Shown here: positions 33,130 through 46,498 of the stretch, one piece after another
Position numbering within the stretch: the first letter of the stretch is position 1
How the letters are laid out: each line of letters opens with the position of its first letter
Source of the DNA: Trichoplax sp. H2
Lineage: Eukaryota
Direction of reading: 5' to 3'
DNA: 64,000 nt
NCBI GenBank assembly: GCA_003344405.1
Contig: NOWV01000024.1
Coordinates: 62,001 to 126,000, forward strand
Notes under the pieces: generated by a model
The model's database searches: none
What the model saw: only the letters and a program-made list of their open reading frames with translations
Told to the model about the DNA's origin: nothing
Made by a program: the position numbers and the translations under genes

Positions 33130-35280
33130 TGTCAAAGCGATCATCGATCTTTAAGCACTTCTCGTGAATTAATCGCCTTATTTTAGTTTATCGAGATAAT
33201 TTGTTACATGAATCCACTTAGACTCTTATTTAAGCCAAGTCTTTTTTTCATAACGAGTCGATGTTGGAAGATGATACTTGTCGATTTTCAACTTGATGGC
33301 AATGCTATTTTTACAGGATCGAAAACTGAAACTCCTAATGATGATCTGTTATCATTCATAGCCAAACCGTTCTCGAAAATCTAATTTTAGTTTATCCAGT
33401 TGATTTGTATAAATTCTGTGATATTCTTTATTTAAGCCAAGTAGCTTTTACATGATCTATCTAGACGCACGAGGATTGGAAAACGATAATTCCTCCAAAT
33501 TTTCAACTCCTTTACTATCCTATTATTGGCACGGAATCAAAAACTACAGTTCCCAATCGTGATCATGTTAAAGCAAGCATCAATCGTGAAGCAATTCTTG
33601 GTAGTAAAGATCTTGAGAGGATAATTTCAGTTGATTGAATTAATTTATAAAAATCTAGTTATGCGCTTATCTAAGCCAAGTAACTTTTACGTGATCTATC
33701 CACATTTACGAGAGTTGGAAAATGATAATCTCTCCAAATTTTTAACTTGGTAGCGATGCAAATACATAAGTGAAAACTACAATTCCCAATCGTGATCTTG
33801 TTAAAGTAACCATTCATTTTTAAGTAGTTCTTGAGGGTATAAATTCAATTGATTAAGGTGATTTATATAAATCCAGTGATACTCTAATCTGAGCCAAACT
33901 GCTTTTGCATGATCTACCTGCACTTACGAGAGTTGAAAAAAGGATAATCTCTCCTAATTTTAATTCAGTGGCGATGCTATTTACTGAATCAAATGCTACA
34001 ATATCTAATCGTGATCCTGTGATCCTGCTAAAAAAATATCAATCATTAAGCAATTGCTGGTACTAAATATCTTATGAGAATAACTTTAGCTGATCGAGTT
34101 GGTTTGTATAAATCCAGTGATGCTCTAACCTAAGCCAGGTAGCGTTTACGTGATGAATCCATGTAAACGAGAATTGGTCTAAAGTAAGCCAAGCTGCTTC
34201 TACATGATCATTCTACATAAATCAGCGTGTCAAAGTGATGGCATCCGTGAATTTCCAACTCAATGGGAGTGCTACTACCAGTTCAAAATCTACAATACCC
34301 AATCATTAGTTGTTAAAGTAACCATCTCTGGTTAAGCACTTCTTGATGCAATTCTTTAGATCATTGAGCTGATTTACTAGGATTTATTTAGGCTCATTTT
34401 GTGTGTCAAATATTTATTACCAGTACATTATAAATCTGTGCCCAAAAATGAGGACACTACCTACAAATTTTCGACTCGATGGTGGCGCTATTACATAATT
34501 GTAAACTAGGATACCTAATCGTTTTGTGTTCAAGCCATTAGCCGTCAGAGTGGATTTTGCGATAGAGAAACTTTGTAGAATAAGTTTTAACGTCAACCTC
34601 TACTTCTACTTTAGCTAACTGGTTCTTAAAATGACAATACCTTTCTAATTCGATTTAATAATGATGCTTTTACGTTATCATAAACTATAAATCTACAAAG
34701 TATTGAAACTATTAGTCATCCATCGGTAAGAATTTCTGAATAATTTAATTTTCTTGTCTGGATTGGTTTATATGGATTGATCTGTGCTTTAACCTACGTG
34801 CATTTCATGATGAATCCACGTTTTCGAAGGATGTTCACTACAGATCTCAACTCAGTAGCAATATCCCTACAAGATTGTAATTGATCAAAGCCCATTCGTT
34901 ATAATTTGGCGTAGGACAAGACATAATCAGTTTTATATTTCCCGTCTGTAGGGTCAATTCGATCTCTGATTCTGCTTCGCCAGCTTTAATACGATCATTT
35001 TACCTTGGAAAAGTACCTTCAATATTCTATGTTTTAGCTGTATTGAATTTGATGATGAATCCATGTTTTTAAAGTATGTTCATGATTGACTTCAACTCTG
35101 TAGCAATATCCTACATGATTATAATTATACTCGTATAATCAATCATAGCATATTCATTGTAACTTGGATTGGGATTAGGCATGATCAATTTCATATATTC
35201 CGTCTGATCTTTTATTCTGCTTAGCTAGCTTTAGTATGATCATTTTATCTGGGAAAAGGATGCCTTAAATATTCAGCACA
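33130..35280. repeat. Degenerate tandem array, about 200-250-bp units
   Basis: Recurring anchor (T)AAGCCAAG/GAGCCAAA at about 33231, 33433, 33672, 33891, 34131 and 34185, plus TTTTCAACT and AAAACTACA.TTCCCAATCGTGATC. Two related units start GATGAATCCA at about 34809 and 35055. Confidence 0.85.
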
Positions 35281-35569
35281 GTAAAGATGCTTCATTATAA
35301 TGCCATGCTAAACGATATTAGTATACTTTAATCTCAGATGGGTTTAAAAATTTAAATTCTAAGATCATCGTACCGAATTATAGTGCAGTACATGGAATAA
35401 TTTCTCTCTTCTTCTACCTACATCGCCATCACTTTTCATAGTCAGCTTGATTTCGAAAATAACACCATCCATCTCTCTATCATCAACTTGGATAAATTAT
35501 CATGGATCTGTATCAGCCAGAAAAGAATATAATTTACCCTCACACGATGAAATTGTCTTTATAAATGAT

Positions 35570-36400
35570 AAATCATCAATCCGTAAAAATTTGTGGATAT
35601 AGGTGGCATATTGCCACAATGGATTAAAACATTTAATATAACTTATCTGATTCTCTCTGTCGTTAAATGAGTGGATAATATTGATATTTTGATTCGCCTA
35701 ACAAGAAATTGGATTGATTATCCCATGAAGAAATTGAAACTCTAAACATTGAATCATAAATTCGTGAAAAATTCTAGATATCACCCACTTAGAATAGAGA
35801 TTGATTGATACATTTACTCTTACCTATCTTAATCCATTCCGCCGTCGAAGCAAATACCTAACGTTAATATTTTGATTTACCTAAGGAGAAAATAATTGGA
35901 TTGGCTATCCCATGATTTAAATTCTGTCGGTACTGTAAACAGCGAATTATTAATCCGTAATAATTTCTTGATTTACCCAGTTATAGCCGAAATCGATCAA
36001 TACTTGTGCCCTTAACCTATCCTATTTGTTTCTACCATCCAATCTTGGTAGATATCATTACTACTTGAAATTTTATTCGTAATGAGTAATTCATTAACCC
36101 AAGAAAAATTTTTAGTACTGTTAAATTAGAATAATTGACTATACCGCGTGCTTTCTAGTTTTGCCTATGCTCGTTGATTAGATTATCATATGAAATAGTT
36201 ATGATCAATATTTTATTCGGAGAGAAATAATAGGATCGGCTATCACACAATATCGTTCAGGTTCCAATGAGTAAATCAGTAATCCATGAAAATTTCTTCA
36301 CATCGTTGGCTTATAATTGAGATCGTTCTAAGCATTTACTTTAGATTAGTCTTGACCGTTTTCATCATCAGTTTCAATAGATAATGATAAAGCTTTGGTT
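35570..36400. repeat. Degenerate tandem array, about 180-bp units x4-5
   Basis: Anchor AATCCGT(A/G)AAAATTT-like at about 35578, 35759, 35952, 36096 and 36281, with ATATTTTGATT and GGATTG(G)CTATC(C/A)CA segments. Confidence 0.7.
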
Positions 36401-38771
36401 TTCTTGGTGAGCAAGTAATAGAATTATAAATAAATCTTGAGTAGTATTACCAGATTTATGTTTCAAATTTCATCCAAGGTGAAAAATAATCATCCAGCTT
36501 AATGCTTCCAATTATATTTATACCATTTAACTACTCACGAATGGTGTGTGGGTTGACATAATTCAGGGTTAAATTACAGGTAGTGATGGGTCTTACTTTC
36601 GTCTTTAGCTATACTGTAGTATTTTAAAGCATCCATTTGAATTGGCAATACGTATATATACAGTTAAAACTTTTGTCAAATGAATAAACTTTTATACCAT
36701 TTTAAAATATGGAAATTGACTCTACAGTAGCATTGCTTACGGTTATAAACAGGGGCTCGTTATTCCGTAATCGGTTCATGACATGATCAATCAGAGAAAA
36801 TCTTGGGGTCTTATTACCATTGGAAGGTAGATAAACTGATTAATGCTCTTACTTTGAGGTATGAATATCTTTCTATCATCATTCATTTTGGATGGCTATA
36901 AATATTTAGCTTTATCATCATGGAGTGGATACAAATTAATTTCCTATAGCATTATCTAACCTAGTCGATGTGGATGTAGATATTTAGCTCAATCGTAATG
37001 ATATTACGGGTGCAAAATGCAGCCATTTCCAATAGAATTGTCCAGCAGAGTAGATGATTACCTTTACAATTTCTAGTGATCCAATCTTGTACATCTTAGT
37101 ACATCATTGCCTTTTTGCTCTTTTTCTTCTAAATTGTTACCGATATTATGATTCAGAAGTTCAATATTATATATGTATATCATACATATATGGGGTTTTG
37201 TGATATTATGATTCAAGGATGCAATAATATCCTATATTTTGCTTGCGTTCCTAGATTTTGACTCATACTGCAATTGCTTTAGTAGTAAAATATCCCAATT
37301 TATTTCACTCTTTTAGCTTTTATATTCACAGTTTTAGGGATTCAATAATAAATATCTATTGCCCACAAATAAAAATATTAATTCCTTTTATTGATTTTCT
37401 CGTAGAGAAACTTTTGCTATCATTGTATTATTGTACTCTGATTCTCGAAGAAAGCTACAGTATGATTTAGTAATTGAATAAAATTATTACCGTAGAGAGA
37501 AATAAAGTAATGGGCCTTTACACGTATTCCTACGCTAAATTTATGCTGCAATTGCTGTTATATTTATTCTAGAACTGACTACATTCCTTCCATTCCTTTT
37601 ACTGTTATGTTTACAGTTTACAAGATTCATTCATTAATATTTTCTATAGTAAAGACTTGGTTTAATAATATTAGTTCCCGTATATGCGCATTCTTGGCTT
37701 GAAAGTTTCTGTTGCTATTATACTTATAGTAGAAGTGATCGAATTAATTCCACAAGTTCAGATTTTATAGTCGAGATTTTAATAGCTTATATCCATAATT
37801 CGACAATGAAATCTTTCCAAATCCATTTTTTTTAGACGTGTATTCATTTCTCACCCTCGTTGAACTATATTCATTTTTATTAGTACCAGCATTGCATTCA
37901 TGTCAAAAGCATTATAGGTAATGTCGACATTTTCTTGCATTTTTAAATTGTTTTTGTTGTTGTTCTTTACTCTAGAATCATAGTTTTCTTCTACTTTACC
38001 TCCTTAATTCAATCACTGTGTTATTATCGATGGATAATTTTCTTCCCTCTTATCTACTACCCACACCTTTCTATTCTCTGTCAAATGCCCCCTTTTATGT
38101 GGATGATTCATCGACAATAGCTTAATTTAAGTTAGGCTAGATCAGCTTGGCTCTATCTCATGCTATATCGATACTTTCTTCTATCGATTAATTAATAATA
38201 TGATATTGTATACAAAATAGGAGTATTGTTCAACATTGAAACAAGAAGAGGAGGCATTTTAAAAAGAGTTCTACATTCAATTCAAGGAGAATCAAGAGCA
38301 TATGCCGGAACAAGCATATTGAAGGAAAAATAATACTGTGTCATGGTTGATTTTTTACTTTTTTCAATTGGTATTTCTCTTTATTCCAATCTTTATTGAA
38401 GTTGATATAATCTTGTCTGGTTATAGAACTCTTTTGTATATTCCTTTCCCAGTTGTATTCTTTCCTAATTTAAGGAAATTACCCAATTGGATTATCGTAG
38501 CAAAGGAAGTAGAGAGTAAAAGAGAATAGGAATATGATGACATTATTGAGCAATTTATGTTACTTTATTACCTATTCAATTCCTCTTACTCTCTAACTTA
38601 TTGTTGAATTTATAACGTCTACTTCCAAGATTAACCATTTGACTATTAGCAGATCAAGAACGTGATCTATTGATTCGTTGGATTCTTATTTAAATCGATT
38701 TATTTAAGTCTATTCAAGTGATTCTATTCAACCACTGTGTAAATCAATACTAATCAGGAAAAATATCCAAG

Positions 38772-39671
38772 ATGAGCCGAAGAACAAATGTGGCCATGAA
38801 GACTAGAATAGTCAACGGAGCTGCTGATAAACTACTACAGCTTAAAGTGGATAAATTAGAATTAGAGCAAACTAATTCATTAGATGTCTTGAAGAAACAA
38901 CAGCGACAGATTAAAGATGAATTATGTCGTGCATTAAGGATTAATAAATCGCCTCAGACGAGTATGACTTTACCCGTTCATAAGCAAAATATTAATCGTC
39001 GTCGAAGTGCATCAGCTATCGTGCTCTCATCAGATATGGAAGAATTTCATCATAGTCAAGCTGAACAAGCTAATCCACACCATAGCGGAAATCGATCTCG
39101 TGCTGAAAGTATGAAACCAATCTTAGCTTCTTCCATCTCGGTGCCTGATCATCGATTATTCAGTTCTACAAATGAAACAGCTAGCCATCAAGAACCAACA
39201 ACAACTCCAACTTCAAGATCAGCATCATGCTCATCATGGTATGGGCAAATCGATGATGATGATGATGATATCGAAGAGGAAGACCATGATCATCATGGTT
39301 GTAGCCATTCTCCAAAAGGGATAAAAGGCAATGCACGTAAATTACCTAAGCCAAATGTTAAGATTTCGTTAGAACTCGATGGCGGCAAGATTGGAAATCG
39401 TGCTACTCATCATCATTCATCTTCTCATAAAACTTCAAGTCAACGATTAGAACCTTTATTTAATAATAAAAATTCATTTTTATCCGTGGAATTATCGACA
39501 CAAGTCTTGACTAACGGTAAAAAAGGTGTAAAGCAAAGTCGATCTCTCACCACAGTGGACGGTAGAAAGTCCCTTGACCGTCAACAACATCAACAGCAAT
39601 TAAGCCTTCCACCTATGAGGAAAGCATTGTCTAGCGGGTCTATTAATTTAATTTCCAATAACAACAACTAG
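38772..39671 (+). CDS. Intronless 299-aa protein: N-terminal coiled coil (possibly CCDC190-like) followed by a Ser/His/Asp-rich disordered region
   Basis: A 900-bp ORF with raised GC in an AT-rich desert and a good start context (aagATGa). Residues about 14-55 form heptads (LLQLKVDKLELEQTNSLDVLKKQQRQIKDEL). It also has RRRSAS/RSASC phospho-type motifs and an acidic run. Confidence 0.75.
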   Translation: MSRRTNVAMKTRIVNGAADKLLQLKVDKLELEQTNSLDVLKKQQRQIKDELCRALRINKSPQTSMTLPVHKQNINRRRSASAIVLSSDMEEFHHSQAEQANPHHSGNRSRAESMKPILASSISVPDHRLFSSTNETASHQEPTTTPTSRSASCSSWYGQIDDDDDDIEEEDHDHHGCSHSPKGIKGNARKLPKPNVKISLELDGGKIGNRATHHHSSSHKTSSQRLEPLFNNKNSFLSVELSTQVLTNGKKGVKQSRSLTTVDGRKSLDRQQHQQQLSLPPMRKALSSGSINLISNNNN

Positions 39672-40169
39672 AGAAAACGTAATGGATAGCTACAAGATTG
39701 AGTCTTTGTCTCCTAAACATTGTTAGTGTAAGAATACTTTTCCAAATTCTACTATTACAGTACTCCTATAGCCCGCACAGAGAATTTTTGAACCAAAAAT
39801 TTAGGAGGAAGCTTAGCCATACTTTATGTTAACAAATATCAATCGCAAATCATAGCAAATTGATGCGAAAGAATACCACAAAAAAGAGAAGATCAAGGCT
39901 TTATTACAGCCGATACATAAAGATGCAGAATCCATGATTAAATTGTAACAGTTTCATAGCTACTCATATAAATAGTTAGGAATAGTCCTCATAAAGTTGT
40001 ATATATACATATACCCGTGCATGTCATGGATATAAGATGGAATATAAAGTTATTCCTATTATAATGAAAAATTACGTTTGAATGTTTACAAATGATATTT
40101 GTTTACTGGCGGATCAACTCGATTTATTGCAGTAATCCATCATCTATAATGTCAATATTAACGGACGAT

Positions 40170-40675
40170 GGCGGATAGAATTGGATGGAAACCTGTATCA
40201 AGATTTAGAAATTGATTTCGTGATCAATTCTCTGACAGCCAGTTCAAAGTGCATCATTATATGAAATAAGAATTCTACAGAAAGAAGAGAATCAAAAAAG
40301 GCTTTTGGAGCCATTTATTCCCTACTCTTTAGTACAAATCCAGCGTCGTTATGTATCTCGCACATCCGTTTACTTATGGGCATTTATCATTGATCACAGA
40401 ATAGCGGATAGAATTGGACAGATGGCTTTATCAGGATTTAGAAATTTATATTACATTAAAGACAAGGCCCTATTAAAATTGATTAACTCAATATTGAGAT
40501 TCTTCTGCACCATACGTATTTGACAGCCAGTTCAAGATGGAATAAAAATCCTGCAAAAAGAAGAAAATCAATAAGGTTTTTAGGATCATTCCTTTTCTGC
40601 GCTGTAGTGCATATCCGACATCATTATGTGTCTTGGTTGTGAATTTATTTATGTGTATTTGTCATTGATTATAGA
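40170..40675. repeat. Diverged tandem duplication, about 235-250-bp unit x2
   Basis: GCGGATAGAATTGGA at about 40171 and 40404; GATTTAGAAATT; TGACAGCCAGTTCAA at about 40233 and 40521; AAGAAGA(G/A)AATCAA. Confidence 0.88.
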
Positions 40676-40824
40676 TGCATGGTACTAAAATAATATAAGA
40701 TGTTATAAACAAGTCGATTCTATAGTCTATTGTCCAAGAAATGAAGATTTTGGAAGAAGATAGAATTAGATAAAAAGCCCTATATCTTATTGATTATACA
40801 TTTTTAGACAGTTGTCATAGAATT

Positions 40825-41330
40825 ACAGATGCAGATGTTCTGATATTGAAATTTCGCGACGGAGAATTTCTGTATTGTTATACATCGATTGATTCAATCA
40901 AAATCAAGTCAAGTTTACAGCTTATTTCCTATCAAATCAATATTCTACAAACCAGATAAAATTGGATAAAAGCTCAATAACTTTTTGCATATATATTCAT
41001 ACACTGGTATCGCAAAATGAAAGATGAAAATACGATAGATTAAAACGTGTAACGATAGAGCATTTAGCAACTACTATACATGGAATTGTTCATATTTGGA
41101 GTAGCCATTTTTGTAGTCTATTGCCCATCTTGGTAATACTTTAGAACCATAGATAAAATTGTATACATACCATATCTTCTAACTTATACAAGAGCATAAC
41201 GGTTACTACGAGCTTATGGATGCTGATATTGCAGTATAAATTACTAGAATGGAGCATTTCGCTACTAAGATACATCGATTTATACACTAGTGATCAAGCC
41301 AATTTTATTGTCTATTACCCATCATAACAT
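40825..41330. repeat. Degenerate tandem array, about 200-bp unit x3
   Basis: Anchors GATG(T)CTGATATTG, ATACATCGATT/ATACATGGAATT, TCAAG(T/C)CAA and TCTATT(A/G)CCCATC recur at about 40835, 41060 and 41218. Confidence 0.6.
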
Positions 41331-44300
41331 CAGTCTAAAGCCTAGTCAGTATCTAGAATTCTATAGTAACAGTAAAATTCTTTGTTTTACTTCAACGTCC
41401 AAAATAAAACCAATCCTGTCCGTATATTATCGTATTAGACCACTGACTCTATTCTAACGATATAATCTAATGGCATGTATCTAGAAAGAGAAAATGGAAA
41501 TTCTGATTTTGATATTTAATTCAATTATTAAGGCATTCATTTGATAACAAGACCTCCTTTTCGTACTAATATTCGTGGGTAATTATCTCAAAAATTACAA
41601 TTGTAAGATAGAAAAAGTACGTAATTATAAAGGTTTGACCAGATGCTTATTTTAACTCACGTTAACTTAAAAGAATTGATGGCCATATAACAAGGTTAAT
41701 TAATTATGGATATCGGGGGAATTTGGATAAATATTCTGTAAAGATACAGAACTTATTGTTTAATCTGGATTTTATGCTTTTCCAATACCATATCTTTTCC
41801 ATAATGAAAGCCTATTCAAATTAGTGACATGCCTTTGCATTGACTATCAATATATGGCTACAATGACACAGAATGTAAAACTATATGATAAAAGAAAATG
41901 GTTATAATGATTGTTTGTTCGTATCAAGAAAAAATATACATCATTTTTTTATTGGACAGTAGAGGACAAAACTTTTAGTAAAAGTTAAAGCCTTTAATAT
42001 ATCATTATAAATTATAGTAGATAAAGATTACATGAACTAAAATTATTATGCTATACTCCACGATGGGCATTATTATTGTATGTTTTTACGCAGAAAATCG
42101 ATCATACAGAAAGAAATACATGAATATGTATAGGTAAATTTACCAGTCCCATGCTTACATACGTATGGCCGGATCCATTTATCTACAGACTAAAATTTAC
42201 TGCTCTGTGACATATAAAAATTCCTAAAGACAGCCAATACAACATCTCATTTATGGAATAATAAATAATACCAACGTAAAGAAAAAATGTCAAAGTTGAA
42301 TAAGCATTAAGTATTGGATCTTGAAATGATTATGCCTCCATGAATTTCAATTTTAAAAGTATCAATCAATCATATTTAATGAATCATAAGGATATTCTAC
42401 AAGTATTATAAGAGACCTGAGATAATGTTTAAAGTTTTGATCCGTAGGAAACTATTTGCATAAATATTCATATTTGATCCTCGATAGCTTTTTAATTTAT
42501 TAAAAATAATTCTTGCAAGACTACTGTGCAGAGCATCTACATTAAAAATTTAGTTGAAAATTTCCCTTTAGAAGGATACTAAGGTTTTAAGATTTTATGC
42601 ATAAACTATAGAAATTAATGGTTTAATTAAGCAAATAGCAAATAGTAACTAGCCAGCAGAGTGCAATCCTTAATTTTATCTAAAGGTTTAAATGCTAATA
42701 CCGCCAATTTAGAATTTTATAATATGACTCTACTATTTTATACGTATTTGATCAGGGTATATATCCCAAATTTATAATTTAAAATGATCTACTATTTTGG
42801 TCGCTACAAAGCCTAATGATATTATAAATGATTCTTTTTCAATTATCATTTTTGACATCATTTTGTCCATTATCAGTATTATCAGAGGGCGACTACTAAC
42901 ATAACTTATAATAATAACATAGTTGGCTAGATTGTTATCTATAATTAAATCTAAATCATTTTCAGTCCTTGGTGTAATTTTGTCCCATTGCCTACAACAA
43001 TTCTTATTTTACTTCATTGGGTAATAATAATGTAAATTGCAATTTTCAATGAGTAAATCATACTGTATCTGTTTATCTGACACTCTTCGTAACGCACATA
43101 AATTAATTTAAATATCGGTTAAAGAATAGGTGAAGATATGTAAGAAAATCAAAATGCTAAAAATACATTACTTATTTGATCTTGCCACTAGATATCTATC
43201 AATGTAGGTCAAATTTTTTTTATTTCTTCCTATTTACTACGAAGTTGATATTTCATGGCCGCATGATCTCTTTTTGGTAAGAAAAGTATGTATAGAATTA
43301 GCTTGTTACCTTGCAAAGAAATTTAATTTATAATTTGGTGTTGAAAGAAAATGGTTGCATAGCAATCTGAAACAAATAGAACGCATCATAAAATTAGTTT
43401 AATTATTTCTATGTCTATATCATACTTTCAATATAATAATTTATATAATTTATCACTTTAAAAGTATCTAGCAGCATTAATATTTTAAAAATTAAAAATT
43501 TGATTATGAAATGTTTAATGGTAGCACAATATAAATAATAGAAATTCTCTAATATGTTATCCATCACCAGTAGATTAATTCATATATCCTGACACAGTAA
43601 TTTGCTGCAATTAGCTTTAAAGAATAACAAATTTAACGGTAATATTCTAATTTTTCATGTCAATATTTATATCATTAAGATTGATTAAATGGTAAAATAT
43701 TAACGCGTTATTGGAATAAAGCTATGGATATCTCGGATATTTAAATGTCTATTTTGGAGTATTTAAACTTAGTATTTAAATTTTATGGAAAGAAATCGAA
43801 TTTGATATAGGCATAAAAAGCTGTAACTGCAATTACTTATTAATTTTTTATTTACAAGTAAATTTATTATGTTCTCTATTAGCTTATATTAGGAATACTA
43901 TCATTAAATCCGTTCTAAAAATGGACGCTGACAAAATAGGGTACTTTATTAATACTGCATTAGCTTACTTCGTGGTATTTTATCCAATTTTAGTCGACAG
44001 TAATTGATTAACCCTGACTCAAATCCCCTAACTCCCACCTTAACTCGTATTAGGAAGTTCTACTTGGTTACCATGGTAAGGGATCTGAAACAAGATCTAA
44101 CCTGTGATTTTCATACCGAGAATATTATTCTTATAGAAGATTTTATGTACTAATCCGGTATAATTAGAACTACATTAGAGTATACTTTTGAGATAGCAAC
44201 TTGAGATAATAATGAAAATATATTAATATAATCTTTCCTTTTTTAGTGTCTTATTGCAGCTTTCGGTGATTCTCCTACACTTAATATTTCGAATAGCAAC

Positions 44301-45048
44301 TAAGGAAGAATGCCTGTCAATAAAAATCATCTATAATTTACTCATATCTTGTTTGCAGCTATTGTGCTGTACTGTAATGATTTCAATTTTACTGAAATAT
44401 TTCCAACACCAAAGGAGGTCAGGCGTTAAGCTTTTTACTTTGCCCGTATTTATTAAAGATTGCTACTATCATTGAGCACGAATATACAGTAGATTTATAA
44501 CACCTGCATTGGCACAAGGAATAATCTTTGTTCGAAGGTTCTATCAATACGATAGCTATAACACATCAAATAGAAGAAAATTGATAGCTCATTTTTAATT
44601 ATTAATTAATAATACAGATTATTGACTGGAAGCGCTGTTTTTTTCTCGCTAGATCAAGATACTTGCACCGTGATCATAATACTGTTTTTTAACATAACGG
44701 ACCTTAACCGATGGCAATTTTTTACTTTCTAGTTATCTCTAGTGGCAATAGCTGTTATCATCAACTGTCCTATATTCTGGTCCGTAGCAATTTCACTCTG
44801 AAAAGCTACTTCCTCTAGCTTTAGTATTATTTCTAAATTTATGATTTACACGGCTAGGATTAGGGTTTTGCGGGTATAGTAGATCACCGACATTGATCCT
44901 GTATATTGATATATACACAGTTTATAGTAAAATTTACCTCCTTGATTTGAGAATTAGAATTCAACTTTGTGAGCATTCCTTTACATTCTTAGCTTTACAA
45001 ATGTTTCTTCATCGTTAGCAGATAGTGCTTTGTACATTTGTAAAAGTT

Positions 45049-45098
45049 TATCGTTGTATCATTTCTAAGAAATTTTACTTAGAAATGATACAACGATA
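45049..45098. repeat. Perfect 21-bp inverted repeat with 8-nt loop
   Basis: TATCGTTGTATCATTTCTAAG (45049-45069), loop AAATTTTA, then CTTAGAAATGATACAACGATA (45078-45098). Confidence 0.95.
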
Positions 45099-46498
45099 TT
45101 TTGCAGTGGTAAAGTATAGCTTGATAATTTGTAAATGAGTTAAAATTACACGACGAATATATTATGTATTAGACAGTTCACTAATCTTATTTTCAGTCAT
45201 TGAATACGCCCATAATTTAAAGGAGTTTTATTCGAACATTGTCGTGTTTATGTCCATAATCAATCGCATTTTATTCTTGGTTTGCTAATTTGACGATGTC
45301 AATTCGATTTCAATTTCTTGCAAAGAACGTTAGAACTCTTAGAAGTATAATTTTGATAATTACGTGCATGATAAGTAAGTAAGGTCAGTATAATGGCAAT
45401 AATGAATAATTTGATAGTTTTATGATCGATAACGCTATATATTAAGAACAGGGAATGAACATGGTGGATATAAATTGGTAAATACCGTAAGGGAATCAAT
45501 TGCTACTATAAATATTTTCACCACTTGCATATGTATAATCTTACAACTATTTTATCATATTTGCTCCTCAATAAAACAGCAACAATAAAGCAATTCTACA
45601 TGAATGTCAGAATCGCTAAAGGCAGTACTAGGTACTCTAGGAGAAATAATTAACTCCAGCATTTCAATATTTATCATAAGGCTTATATCAACTGATGCTA
45701 TTCAAACGGTTATAATGGTATTTCTATCATGATGTTAACAAACACTATCAATATGATAGCATTCACACAACTGTCTTTATTATCGTCAACAGTTGTCAGT
45801 TTCTATGTACAAATATAAAGTGTATAATATATTATACGAGGAGCCGCTATTATGACGGAATCATAAACTCATTTTTCATCGACCAGTCGATGAAATATGC
45901 GCAAGTCTGTCGTTTTTTGGAATCAGAAATCTTTTCAGCTATGCCATTTAACTTATAAAAATTTAGTTTCCCATTATAAGGCAAGTACCAAAAATAGAGT
46001 ACATCAATTTCGATTATGATTATTTCAATTCTATTTACAGAATCTAGTAGATTAAAATTTATAAATTTACGAATTCTGCTAGAAGATGCAAGCATTACAG
46101 GTTACTATCTTAAACTACAGTATTGCTTAAGTGATTAGTCATAATTATAATCGATCAATGCAGTTAATGTCCTTCATCCTTGGCAGAAGGAATTTGTTAT
46201 TCTACAATAATCAACAAGCACTTGAATAAATTAATAAAGTAAAAATGAGAGAAACGCCTTAAGGATATCCACTTTTCGCAAAGAGTTTCACTGGAAATTG
46301 AATACCGTGGCTCATTTTATATGGCTTTGAATGAAATTAACAGATAGAAATGATAGTAACGATTACAGATGGCTGAAATATCAATAACGTCATGCTTGAC
46401 ATACAGGCTTATTAGAACCACCGATGAATGTAAGTGTAGCTTTGCTCATCTGTCGTTGAGGGAGAACAGATGCAAGTGATGTATTTTATTACTCCTTA

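Noticed and set aside
44010..44875. Telomere-like words (TAACCC at about 44009, TTAGGG at about 44860)
   Set aside because: Only isolated degenerate hexamers, not an interstitial telomeric array.
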